A DNA stretch of 64,000 nt from Carpediemonas membranifera BICM (taxonomy: Eukaryota > Protista > Fornicata), in contig JAHDYR010000003.1 in NCBI GenBank assembly GCA_019828565.1, forward strand, positions 62,001-126,000. The letters are read 5' to 3'. Position numbers and translations under genes: made by a program. This document shows positions 1-11,621 of the stretch, one piece after another. The notes beneath the pieces were generated by a model. The model was not told the DNA's origin. It ran no database searches and worked only from the letters and a program-made list of their open reading frames with translations. Position 1 is the first letter of the stretch. Each line of letters opens with the position of its first letter.

Positions 1-95
1 CTGAGGAGAAGACTCGACACAAGGGTGTCGAGGAGAAACTCCTTGACTATTAAATATAACGTAAATCTGTGTAACTTTGGGTAGGACCCACAACA
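1..95 (-). repeat. 3' LTR (partial; about 13 bp lie outside the window)
   Basis: Identical to 5826-5920; starts TGTTG on the minus strand directly after the PPT. Confidence 0.93.
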
Positions 96-110
96 CTGCC
101 CCTCCATGCC
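96..110 (-). other. Polypurine tract (GGCATGGAGGGGCAG)
   Basis: Purine-rich run immediately 5' of the 3' LTR on the minus strand. Confidence 0.8.
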
Positions 111-690
111 TGGTATAGGCATGACAGAGAGACTTGACGTCAGCATTTCACCAAAGGCCTGGACGGTGCCACCCGACCGCCAACGGTGACTCATAGGGCT
201 GGCAACCCCATGGCCTGAGTGCTTTCGCATCTAGCTGAACGAAATCAAAATGATGGTATCATGATCTAACTGCGGTACCGCTATGTGAGCTCTGTTTCAA
301 AAATGGTGAAACGTGACGGAGAGGCTTACCACTGCCCCTCCACGGCCTTCCTAGGCCGTCTTCACAAACCTTATACGTGTTATATGCCATTCCATGTAAT
401 TCGAAGGCCAAGAACGATTGCTCTAGCAAACACTGCCAATGCTGAGCCCTTATCGCTCATAATCACACAGACGCCGAAAAACGTACTTAGAAGCTCCAAT
501 TCGGCTCCGTTGAGGAGTTCTGAGGCTTCTAATTTTCTGCGTCCAACTGTACTTGAATAACAACATCAAACTGACCGGAAGGAGCACTAGGAAGCTCCTA
601 ATGCCTTATTACCGACAATAAATGCATGCTTGAAGACTAAGATGACCTTGTTAGTTGTTCCTTCGACCGTTTCCGAGAAAAGTGCAGGAT

Positions 691-885
691 ATGTCGCCGT
701 CAACTCATTTGATGTCGGACAACACAGCCGTAGAGGCCGTTCTGAAGGAAATTCGTGCCAAAATCACCGAACTTGGTGATGACGATCTGGCTAGGCCACT
801 TATTGTTGCCCATACGTCCGTTTGTCGTTCCCTTCGCGCTCAGAAGTATCGTGGACGCAAGCGCATGGTCACCGACAATCTGTAA
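691..885 (+). CDS. Small antisense ORF (64 aa) inside the LTR element
   Basis: ATG at 691; helical amphipathic sequence; shares a GRKR-[LM]-x(1,2)-D motif with the next ORF. Confidence 0.3.
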   Translation: MSPSTHLMSDNTAVEAVLKEIRAKITELGDDDLARPLIVAHTSVCRSLRAQKYRGRKRMVTDNL

Positions 886-959
886 GTAACAAACATCAAC
901 CGTGAGGTTATATAGTCACCGCGTGCAAGCCTCAGAACGCATCACTCGCACCCCTGACG

Positions 960-1796
960 ATGACGACTCTGATGCCCCACGACATCAAGGCCGAGGTTGC
1001 CCGACGCCTGGAAGGTTACACCAACTCCATCGAGCTGCCGCTCCAGCGAATCTTTGACGCTATTGAGCAAGGTCGACTGAACGACGCAGCCGTAGTGCAG
1101 GACGTGAAGCTGACCCAGCAGGTCTTGGCTCTCGTGGCTCACTGCCAGGTCGCGCTTGCCGGTGTGAGGGCCCACCTCAAGCTCGGCAGGAAGCGCTTGA
1201 CCGATGGCGACATCGTGTCGGCCGCGATCCGGGGCCGCGACATCACGCTGGGTGGGTCTTCACCCGGTAATGGTCACTACTCTGCAGCTCTCGTGGCGGC
1301 TGTGCGGACTGCCGGCGGGGTCAAGTCGGACACTACAGCGCGCGGATATCTTAACCGCCTGTTGGTCCTCGTCCTCGCACCGGACTACTTCCGTGTCGCT
1401 GTCTACGGCATCAGCCGGCGCATCCCGGCTCCCAACGACTTCTGGGCAACCCTGGTCAGCCGCTTGTGCCACGACGGCTACCTGCCCGCCATTGGCGATG
1501 AGGCTCACTGGGAGCCGCTTCAGGTCTCTGATCCGGACCGCTACTACACTGTCACGTGCGTAGTCCGTCACGAGTATCTGAAGACGACTTGTGGTCCCGG
1601 GTCTTTTGTGTTGATCCTGCAGTATGACGGATACTCGGGACTCAGCATCGTGTCCCTCAACGCTGATCTCTGCCTTGTCCGGTGTGTGCGAGAGTACTTG
1701 GCTGAGAACGCCCTTGAGCGCCACGCTGACCCGACTTGGTTGGTCGAGCTGACGGACACGGAGGAGACGGAAGACGAGGAATCTAGCTCTGAATAA
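960..1796 (+). CDS. Antisense accessory ORF (278 aa, unknown function) carried by the LTR element
   Basis: Intact ORF between pol stop and PPT; TATA-like TATATA at about 909-914; AATAAA overlapping the stop; acidic C-terminal tail. Confidence 0.7.
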   Translation: MTTLMPHDIKAEVARRLEGYTNSIELPLQRIFDAIEQGRLNDAAVVQDVKLTQQVLALVAHCQVALAGVRAHLKLGRKRLTDGDIVSAAIRGRDITLGGSSPGNGHYSAALVAAVRTAGGVKSDTTARGYLNRLLVLVLAPDYFRVAVYGISRRIPAPNDFWATLVSRLCHDGYLPAIGDEAHWEPLQVSDPDRYYTVTCVVRHEYLKTTCGPGSFVLILQYDGYSGLSIVSLNADLCLVRCVREYLAENALERHADPTWLVELTDTEETEDEESSSE

Positions 1797-1838
1797 ATCG
1801 TTTGTTCCTCGAGGATACAGCTTCGATGTTGAGAAGTT

Positions 1839-4800
1839 TTACAGACCGTCACGCTTGGCTTGGTCAGACTTCAAATATGTATCGAGGGCTTCCAAATCTT
1901 TGACGTGCGAATAAGGTTCGAATGAAGCCTCTGAATCCTCGAATCCGACCCAGTGTACGAGGTACTCGCGCCTTGACTTGGGGCCCGAGCCTCTAGAGCG
2001 TGAGATGCGCTCGACATGCCACTCATCGACGGAAGCGGCTGCGAGGTCATAGATCTGTTGCTCCGAGAGCTTGCCTGGGTCAAATCTTCGCACACGTGCC
2101 GCGTCTACCTTGATAGTTGGACCGTCCGCTGACTGACTGAGGTCTTGGACCTCATATGCGACGACAACACCATCACGTTTGACGGCTGCGACACGCCTCA
2201 TGGGGCCGCGCCAGCCCGGGGCTAGCTTGCTCGGTGGTCTTGGGTAGTATTTGACCAGCACGAAACGGCTCAATATCTCGCTTCTCGATGAGGTTGCCTT
2301 TGCGAGAGCGTCTTCGCGCATGGCTCTAATCCTTGCTTTGGCGAGTTGGATGGCGGCATCGGCTGCGGCTAGCTTCGACTGTGGCGGACCAGCCGAGGCG
2401 GCATCCGTGATATAGATCGATGACGGTATTGATAAGTTGGCGCCAAACATGATCTCGGCCGGAGTCAACCGGGTCGGGATCCTGGGCATTGAGTTGACCA
2501 AGAATTGGGCGACTGGTAGGTGTGCTACCCAATCGTTATTCCTTAACTCCAGCTTCCTGGCTCTGAGGATGCGTTCGACCTCCTTGTTCGCGCGTTCGAC
2601 GACACCGTTGCTCTGGGGATGGTATGCTGTCGTTATGTGGACGTCGAACCCCATCTCTTCGGAGAGGCGTTTGAACAGAGCGTTTTTGAACTCTGAGCCC
2701 CCATCCGATTGGACGACTTCGGGGCATCCGTATCGTAGAATCCAGGTGTTGACCAATGCGTTGGCTGCGTCTTTGGCTGAGGTGCTGTTGACCGGGACTA
2801 GCTCTGTCCAGCGGGAGCACATGTCGATCATTACTGTCACGTAGGACAGGCCGTTGACCGTCGGTAGCGGACCCATGGTGTCAATGGCCACACGCCGGAA
2901 CGGGAGGTCTACAGCTGTATGCAGGCCGTCGGGCGTATCAACAGGAGGGCGGGCCAAGACTTGGCACTCTGGACACGCGGTAATCACGTCGTCTACGACT
3001 TGACGGGAGACAGACAAACCGTCGGCCCTAAGTTGCTCGGTTGTCATCCGGCGAGACAGATGAGCTCCTGCTGTGAGATGAGCGCGGGATACCTGATCCC
3101 TCGACGCCTGTTGCATGGAGAATACTCTCGAGAGACCGTCGGCTCCACCGTTGTCCAGACCGGCGATGTGCTGTAGGGTGAAATCTAAATCGGCGATCGA
3201 ATCAGCCCACCGGCGGACCTTGGCGTTGGTGGAACGGTACATATAGAGTAGGTTCCGGTGATCCGTGAGAATAGTAAAGCTCTCCCAGCACAGGAACTTG
3301 CGCCATCGTTGTAACGCTGCCACGATAGCGTAGGCTTCTTTCTCACCGGTACACCAGCGTGACTGGACGTCGTTGAACGCACGCGACATATAGCAAACTG
3401 GTCGGCCCTCTTGGAGTAAGACTGCTCCGTACCCGACATCGGATGCGTCAGTCATGACGGTGTGAGGCTTAGTCGCGTCGAACATGGCTAGAGCGTCGGC
3501 CGAACATAAAGCTTGTTTCAGATCGTCCAGCGACTTCTGAAGAACGTCTCGAGGGGGTCTGCCGACCGGACATGGCGTCTAGCAGAGGCTTAGCTCGGAC
3601 CGCGAAGTTGGGTATGTAATCGCGGAAATAGTTGAGGAATCCGTTGAGACCCTGCATGCCCTTCGTGGATGAAGACAGCTTGAGGTTCGCGATATCTTCG
3701 GTCCGCTGGGGTGAGATCTTCACGCTGCCTTGGGATATGATCCACCCGAGGAACTCGACCTCTTGCCGACCGAACTGGCACTTATCTCGGCCGAGCTGAA
3801 GGTTAAGCTTGTCAACGCGTTGCATGACTTTTTCGAGGTTTCCCAGGTACTCGTCCTCATCCGCACCCATGACGATGATGTCATCAATGTATATGACACA
3901 GGCGGAGCCCACCAGACCCTTGAACCCGTCTTCCATCGCCCTCTGGAAGTACGCTCCGGCGTTACGTAAGCCGAAGGGCATCCGTGTATATTGGTATTGA
4001 CCAAAAACAGTACGGAAGGCGGTTAGGTGACGGCACCGTTCAGTAAGAGGGATCTGATGGTATCCTGCTGACAAGTCTAGGGTAGCGAACACAGACTTTC
4101 CGGACAGTTGAGTGAGAACTTCGTCTATGCGAGGGATGGGGTAGTCGAATGGTTCCGTTAGTTGATTGATCTCGCGGAAGTCGACGACAAAACGCGTCTT
4201 TCCCCCCCTTCTTTGGAACTATGATGGTAGGGCTCGCGTATTGAGACTGGCATGCCTCGATGTAGCGCTTTGCTAGGAGCGTATTAATGTGCTCTTGAAT
4301 GATCGGGACTTTCGGCGGGGGAACATAGTACGGCCGAATGTGTACGACTCTGTCGCCCTTGAGGACCAAATCATACGGTTCGAGCCGGCTTGGCTCGGTA
4401 CGGTCCACGAATGTCCGGGCGTAACGCTTGAGGATGTCGGCCTGCCTCTGAGAAAAGGGAAGAGGACATGGCTCTGGCTTGCGCGACGTACTTCTCGAAT
4501 GTAGGTGGTTCGTCGCTGGCTGCGAGCTCGCTGGTAGGCTCAGACAACGAAGGGAGAAGGCCGATCTCCACCATCTGAGGGTAACCCAGGCATACATCGA
4601 AAGCGGTCGACAGGACGTAGGCCTTAATAGTGATAGAGCATCCGCGCGGAGTGAATGGCGAGGGCGCTAAGACGAGGCGGAAGGATACCTGACCATCGGC
4701 CTCTCTGACGCCGCCCACTGTCTCGATAAGTGTCTTCTCGTGTGAGATCCACTTCACTGCCTTGCCGTGGCAGAGCTTGGGGTCAATGGTTGCGCAGTCA

Positions 4801-5777
4801 GCGCCCGAGTCGAACAGGACGGACACGACTTGCTTAAGAATGCTAGCCTTGACGGAGGGGAGGACACTCTGACGGGAACCGAGAGAAAACACACAACGAG
4901 CTGAATTTACCTCAGAACGGCAGAATTCAGCTCGGTGGCCCGGCTTCTGGCACTTGGAACAGGTTGTCTTCGGAGCAGGGCATCGGCGAGCGGAGTGACC
5001 GACCTTACCGCAGTTGAAGCACACGAATGGCTTCTTCTCGTGCTTGGGCTTGTCGATCGGCTTGCCTTTTGAGGGGGCTACGTTCGTGCGGTCAGGCTCG
5101 CGTCGATGAGGGTTCTTCGGACCGCTCCCCGTGTGCCGTGTATGGGAGGGCGTGGTGTTGGTACGCTGTGAGTCGGAGACCCCCGCAGCGCCGAAGGAAG
5201 CGATCATCTCCTTGGACTCCTTGAGGTCGCGTGACATGACGAGGACATCAGCCATTGCGTCCTTGAGATCCTTGCGCTCCGTTGATTCTCTGACTCGATA
5301 CATGATGCGACTGTTGTTGGGGAACTTGAAGCAGCGGCTGTACGTCTCCTTCAAGACGTCCTCGGGATCTTCGGGTTGAACGAGCCTCAAGAGCAGATTG
5401 AATCGGCGGTTCACTCGAGCAACCTCATCAGGCTCGAAGGACTTGGCGGGGACTCGGAAGAGCTGTAGACGCATGCTCGGGCGAGAAGGTCGAAGGGCAG
5501 CACCGAGGCGCTTGAGGACTCGTTCATCTTGGGCTGCGACACGACGTTTCTTACGGAGCTTCGCGGAGAGCAGGAGAGGAGTGTCTTCAACCTCTTCGTC
5601 GTCGTTAAGGCCTGCTAGCTCTGCTATGCTAGGCTCGATGAGGTCAATAACATCATCGCGGCCGCCTAAGGCGCGATGATCGTGGAGGTTATCCGCAAAG
5701 TCCAAAAGAGCGTCCATGGAGGACTTCTTCAGGAGAGGCGGATTCTTCTTCAGGCTTCTGTAAGTTTCCGTACCCAT
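1839..5777 (-). CDS. Gag-Pol polyprotein (2 CCHC knuckles, aspartic protease, RT, RNase H, integrase, chromodomain), split by three +1 homopolymer insertions
   Basis: CFNCGKVGHSARRC and CSKCQKPGHRAEFC; LFDSGA; LDLSAGYHQI, MPFGLRNA, YIDD; TDASDVGYGAVL; AIDTMGP...SDGGSEF...SNGVVER; YLVHWVGF chromodomain. Confidence 0.93.
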
Positions 5778-5812
5778 ATGTTTTGGTAGTACTAGTACTG
5801 TGGTTCAATGGG

Positions 5813-5920
5813 TGTTGAACTTTTACTGAGGAGAAGACTCGACACAAGGGTGTCGAGGAGAAACTCCTTGACTATTAAATATAACGTAAATCTGTGTAAC
5901 TTTGGGTAGGACCCACAACA
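5813..5920 (-). repeat. 5' LTR, 108 bp
   Basis: TGTTG at 5813 and CAACA ending at 5920; internal hairpin CTCGACAC-N4-GTGTCGAG; TATA-like TTATATTTAA. Confidence 0.9.
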
Positions 5921-5928
5921 ACTTACGG

Positions 5929-7379
5929 CGGCATGGACATGCATGCTAGCGCTATCCTTGGAGACCAACGATAAGACCACCTATGTCTCAGAGGACGACA
6001 CCCCCTCCCTCACCATCCGAGGCAATCCAGTCATTAAGAGAGACGCGGTCAAGCTCCTAGGGGTCCTCTTCGACACGTCCCGAGACTTCTCCACCCAGAA
6101 TAGGACTATGGGCGAAAGGATAGACAGAGAGCTACGACTACTGAGAGCTAGCGGCGTGACGCACTCCAAGTTCTGTCCTCGCATTGTAGAGGTCTACACC
6201 CTCCCCAAGCTGCTGTACGGGTGGAGCGTCTGGGCTAATCATAAGGCTGTCTCCCAGGTAGGCAAGCTTGCATCGGCAGCCCTAAGGATCAGCCCAACTG
6301 CATCGGAGGCGAAGTACCTGGAGCTAGGCTGGCTGCATCCAGAGGCAATGCTCCTGCTGGACAGATTCAAGCAAGGGGTGAGATGGGCGAGAATCCATCC
6401 GGGCAAGGATCTCCCAGACTGCATTGCTGAGGCACAAGGCAGCCTTGGCCTGTCCCACTCCGACAGCCTTGACCTAGCAGCCTGTCGAGCAGCCCAGCTC
6501 TCTCACGACATAATGCCGTGGTAACAAAGTGACTGTCAGGAGATACGTCACGGAGTCGGCACTCACCCGCCCTTTCACCCGCTCTAACTACCCGGCCAGG
6601 CAGCCATACCTCGACCATCTAACGGCTGGGCCAGCGAAGCGCCTCGCGATGCTACGGCTATCGTGTCTACCTATGCCAACGAGAGGGGCTCTTCCTGACG
6701 CGTGGCAGCCGGTCAGGGGAATCCTACAGGACCTGAAGGATGAACCGGAAGCCGCCGCAGCTCTTGAGGCATGTCCTCTCTGTCAGGGTGAGGCCATCGC
6801 CGCGGCTGTGATTGAGATCCTGACGTCCCCTACCAAGACCTTAGCAGTGCTGAGATCCAGGACGTGGGTTGTCCTGAACCAGACCCACTTGGCTAAGTGC
6901 GACCACTTCAAGATTAACCCCATCCTCCTTTTCAAGGACCCCATGACCCTGAGCAGGCGTGACGACGCCAAGCTCACACATATGTTGAGTGTACTTTGTG
7001 ACGCGTGACTGGTAGGTTTCCTCGCTTACATAGGAAAACGCCACCGTCCTCCCCGGTCTCAGGACCTCCTCGATCATCGTCCTGAGGGAGCCCCATCGGG
7101 CTCGGAGCACAGAGTCCCGCAGCGCCAAGAGCTGGAAGTTGTGAGCTGGCCAACCCGCGTGGGTCATCTTTTTACCCTTCTTCGAAGGGGTTTTAGGCCC
7201 TCCTCTCCCTGCAGCTTCAGAACAGTACTCTTGGGCGCCGCAGATCTGGCTTCCAATGTTATGAGAACCGTTGCCCTCCTGCGGCTGATCACCGCTCGTC
7301 TGGCTCGGGTTGTGGCCAGTGCCTGGAGGTGGACACCCCGGCACTGTATCAAAAAAATAAACTCAAAAACTCAAAAACT
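5929..7379 (+). mobile_element. 5'-truncated non-LTR retrotransposon (LINE): RT C-terminus and thumb, CCHC finger, 3' UTR, A-rich tail
   Basis: KTTYV, VKLLGVLFD, PKLLYGWSVW, RLAMLRL, CPLC...HLAKC; 3' stem-loop GTGCC...GGCAC (7319-7344); tail AAAAAAATAAACTCAAAAACTCAAAAAC; TSD ACTTACGG at 5921-5928 and 7380-7387; frameshift near 6520. Confidence 0.88.
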
Positions 7380-7381
7380 AC

Positions 7382-7880
7382 TTACGGTCGTGCGTCGCCT
7401 GCCAGAAGACAAGGCTGAGCAATTTCATGACCACCACGATGGGCACGACCATGTCCAACAAGCCATTCCACGCAGTGGCAATTGACACTGTCGGCCCCCT
7501 GCCGACTGACTCGCAAGGCAACAGATACATCTTCGTATGCATTGACATGTTCACACGATATACTGAGCTAGTGGCGGCCCCATCCAACGGCGCCCAGCCT
7601 GCTGCCTACGCCCTCTGGCACGGAGTCCTATGCCGCCACGGCCTACCTACGGTCATACTGTCTGACAATGGGACGGAGTACGTCAACCGAGTTATTACCC
7701 AGCTGACCGAACACCTAAAGGTCAGCCACTGGAGAACACTGCCATACCACCCGCAGTCTAACGGTATGGTTGAGCGGAGAAACCGCGAGATCAAGCGGCA
7801 CCTCCGCATCCTGTGCGCTATCTTCCAGCAATACGACCGCTGGTCGACGAGTATCCTCCCTTACGTCCAATTGATGCTAG
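7382..7880 (+). pseudogene. Integrase core fragment of an older, different Gypsy element
   Basis: RSCVACQK, AIDTVGPLP, IDMFTRY, LSDNGTEY, YHPQSNGMVERRN; similarity lost after about 7880. Confidence 0.88.
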
Positions 7881-8587
7881 CTACGCCCCACATGTGTCAG
7901 ATTTGCAATCCAGATGTCGCAACGAATGTCGTGTTGCGACAGCGACTACATGTGAGATCCTCACGTCAGACCATGGTGCGCAACTCTTGGTGAGTCATGC
8001 TCATCAGAGCGGACGGTTTAGCCAAGCGCATCCACACCAATCACACTTGCAGTGTGACACATTGGCATACCCATCACGACAAGGGGCGTGACACACGAGA
8101 TTGTATTGAATCCCACCATCACCTACTCAGCGGGGCGACATCCGCAATCATCCATCGCGCCCAAGCGATATGTCGCGTGTCGGAGTCTCATTAATGCTGC
8201 GAGATTACTCGCACCGAGACGCCAGACCCACCGAGACGCCGATGAGCGTCAGTCACACATCGGCACGCCTGACTAGTACGTCCTCGCGATCGCAGTCACG
8301 AGCCGTAATGAACAACATCGGTTGCCGCGCACAATACATGGCGAGTGGTATGGCATCACCCCGAGTGCAGGCATCATGACACAACTAGCATCAAGCGCCA
8401 GGCCTCCGGTCACAAGGAACGAGCGTCCTGGCCATGAGGCACAAGGCGGACATAACAACGAACATCAACACAGATAGTACCGTCAATGCCGGCACCCCGT
8501 TCACAACCCCGACTGAGTGGACCACGTGCCGATCGTATTCGAAATTTAATGGGCAATATAAATGGTCACGTATCACAAACCAAGAAA

Positions 8588-11489
8588 CTAGATCTTCCCG
8601 ACAGCATCGAATAGGTCATCCAGGCTCGAATCGCTGATCTCCCAGTCGCGGATGCCGGACTGGGCGATGCCATCCTCCAACCGCTCGTAAATCTGAGACA
8701 AAGGCATTCTATCAGAGATTGCTGCCTTGAAAAGAAGCGATCCGAAATCCGTACTCAAGTGCTGAGCATCAGGGATGGTTTCAAGCACAAAACTGCGAGC
8801 TACGTCCTCGAGGCCGAGTCCAGACTGCACACGGATGACATATCCGCACTCCACGCTAGCCTTCAGCTGCGAAGGAGTGCCGATGGCCGCCAGCTGGCCG
8901 TGCGCGAGGAAAGCGATGCGGTCGGCGAGGTAGTCGGCCTCAGCCATGGAGTGGGTCGTGATGAGCATCGTCCGCTTCTGCTTCATGTCGAGCAGGGTCT
9001 CCTGGAGTTCCATAGACGTCGCAATGTCGAGGCCGCTGGTCGGTTCGTCCAGGAGGCATAGGGCGGGCTCGCCGACAAGGGCCATGCCGATACCGAGGCG
9101 CCGCTGCATGCCGCCTGAGAGGGTGTGTGCTGCTTTCTTACGGTGCACTCTCAGGTCGAGATCGTCTAGATTTGAATCAATCGACTCTCTTAAAGATCTG
9201 CCGTACTTGCCCTTCAGATATCCGAAGATCCTCAGGTTTGAGAGGACGGATAGGCTGGAATAGTGCACGTTGGTCTGGGGGCAGAGACCGACTGTGCTGG
9301 TCGACGAGAAGTGGACATGGCCTGACGAAGGGCGGGTTAGTCCAGAGAGGATGTTGATCAGCGTGGACTTGCCTTTGTAAATGGAAAAAAAAATACGAAC
9401 CAGCACCGTTTGCGCCGAGAAGGACCAGCGCCTCTCCGTCGAGAATATCGAACGACAGACCCCTTAGGGCCGCCACACGGGTCCCGTTGATCATCCTGAA
9501 TGTCTGCCTGACATCGCTGATCTCACACACCGCCCTATCGCCCTCAGGGCTTGGGAACACGAGCCGAGCCATGTCATCCACGATCTTGGTGTGGTCGTGG
9601 GCGGTGATACTGCCGGTGGCGGGGTCAGCAGCGGAGTCGGGCTTGACGATGGCGTAGTCAGCGTCAACGGTGGCGTCTGACTTGGCCGTGAGTCGGGCGA
9701 GGAGCCCATGGAGGGGGTGGGTGATGATATAAAGTGCACTGACCGCCAGACGCTTAGTCCGGCCCTGGATTGTCATCTTCAGAGCAACGTAGACGAGGAC
9801 GTTGGCCGCGGTGTGTGCCGCGAGCATGGTGATCACGGCCCACGGTTCAGCCCACGACAGCACGGAGAACCCCCGGGTGTTATCGATGATGCGCCACCCC
9901 ACAGCGTGCATGAACCTGCTCACGGTGATCGGTAGGAACATGTGGAGGTACCAGGGCAGGCTGAAATCGTCAGGGTAGAATATGGCGTTGATTACGAGCA
10001 TCAGGGGGAAAAGGAAGGCGAGGGTGGTGAAGATTACGGGGTGGATAAATCTGGGGGATCTAATGATCTGGGAGATCACCATGGCGAAGGTAAACACGGC
10101 TGGGCCAAGGGCAAGTATAAATGGAACGTAAATCGGGTGCATGTAATCGGTGCTCGCGATCAAAAGGACGATTGCAGAGGCGGTGAGGAGGATACCGTAT
10201 TTGATAGAAAATACGATTGCATGGGATACGAAGTACACACCAGGCAGCATGCCGCTCTGGACCATTAGCTCGAGAATGCCGGAGGATTGTTCATAGACCA
10301 GGTCCGCGACCAGCAGCGGTATCATCATCAAGAAAGCGGGGGCCATTGCAGCCGAGGCAAACTCAATGATCACCAGGGCCTTTTGGAAGTAGTTGACTGA
10401 GATGTCAATCATGGCAAACTCGTCGAGCCCGTAGTCGGTCACAGTAGTGTTGTCATCACACATTGAGAACCCGTACAAGCACGCTCTGTCTTCCCACGCC
10501 TGGGTTGGGAATTTCGCGTAAATTGAGTCATTCAAACTCATCATATAGAGCAAGTTGAGTTGATACGGGAAGGCCCGCTGCGGGAGAATCGGGGAGAGGA
10601 AGATCGACTGGGGCGGGTAGTAAATGTCGATGGACAGGCCCGAGATGGTGCCGTCAGTGTCGAGCTCGAGCTGCTTGACGTCCCAGCCACCGAAGCCGTT
10701 GTTGGTGAAGCCGGTGTCGTTGATGCTGACAAAGTCGTAGAAGGAGCGGTCTTCGAAGTACTTTTGCTGGATCCAGAAGAGCGTCTCACCGATAGAGTCG
10801 TCGAATTCAGCGGGCGCGGTTGGATTAAACGAGGGCACATGCGTGCCGTTTGCCATGCCGTTTTCAACAGCTTTCGGGAGTCTAGCTAACACACCAGCAC
10901 TTGTCCCGTTTGCAAGGGAATATCCCAGCAGATTACGGATGGCGGGATCGGAGGAGGTCACAGGCATGTTGTAGGGGTACCAGGAGGGGGGGTAGGAAAG
11001 GTACTGGAACTCCTGCCACGTCTCTCGAGTCACCGAGTCTAGTGCGCGTCTGAAGCTGCAGGTCTGGTCGGGGAACATGAAGCATTGGTCACCCTGGTTG
11101 TTGTGATCGTAAAAGGGGATGGCGCCGAAGGAACCGGTCTCGGTGTTGGGGGTAATGGCGTCCATGGTGATGACACGGGCGAGTACTACCACCAAGAAGC
11201 TGAACATTGGCATGACGATAAGGTAGCAAATGGTGGACACCCGTGCGTGGAGCGTGAGGTCGATGTTCTTGTATACCAGGCCGAAAAGCTGAACAATCCA
11301 CAGCTTGATGATGTTCATCTGTGCGGTGCTCTTCTTCTTTGGGTCCTTTGGCGCCGTGAACGAGGGCGGCGGCCTATTTGGATGCTCGGACATGGGCTCC
11401 GCCAGTTCATTGCTCACAACGGGTGTAGAGCCATCAAGAGGGTGAAGAGAATCCCCCTCTGGCATTGTAATGGTCATTTCTTCCGCCAT
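8588..11489 (-). CDS. ABCA-family half transporter (TMD + NBD); intron 9373-9400
   Basis: Splicing a 28-nt GT-AG intron restores Walker A GANGAGKST; LSGGMQRR signature; LLDEPTSGLD; TTHSMAEAD; multiple TM helices. Confidence 0.92.
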
Positions 11490-11621
11490 TGCTGAGGTTC
11501 ACCCGTTCTATTTTTCTGACTGTATGTGCCATGAACCATGATGATTGCGGCCGACCCACGACATGGGCTGACTCGCATGCCCGACAAGGGCACTCTCCGT
11601 ACCCATTAAACCCTGCATCTC

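Larger units (their letters stand above)
1..5920 (-). mobile_element. Ty3/Gypsy (chromovirus-type) LTR retrotransposon, near full length; 3' LTR cut by window edge
   Basis: Identical direct repeats 1-95 and 5826-5920; LTR termini TGTTG...CAACA; polypurine tract next to 3' LTR; domain order gag-PR-RT-RH-IN-chromo. Confidence 0.95.

Noticed and set aside
882-960. Splicing the 64-aa ORF to the 278-aa ORF via GTAAGT at 882
   Set aside because: None of the downstream AG acceptors (906, 915, 929, 935) gives the right phase
4453-4459. CCCTTTT as a programmed -1 slippery site between gag and pol
   Set aside because: The shift needed is +1, and two further +1 homopolymer breaks occur inside pol; error is more parsimonious
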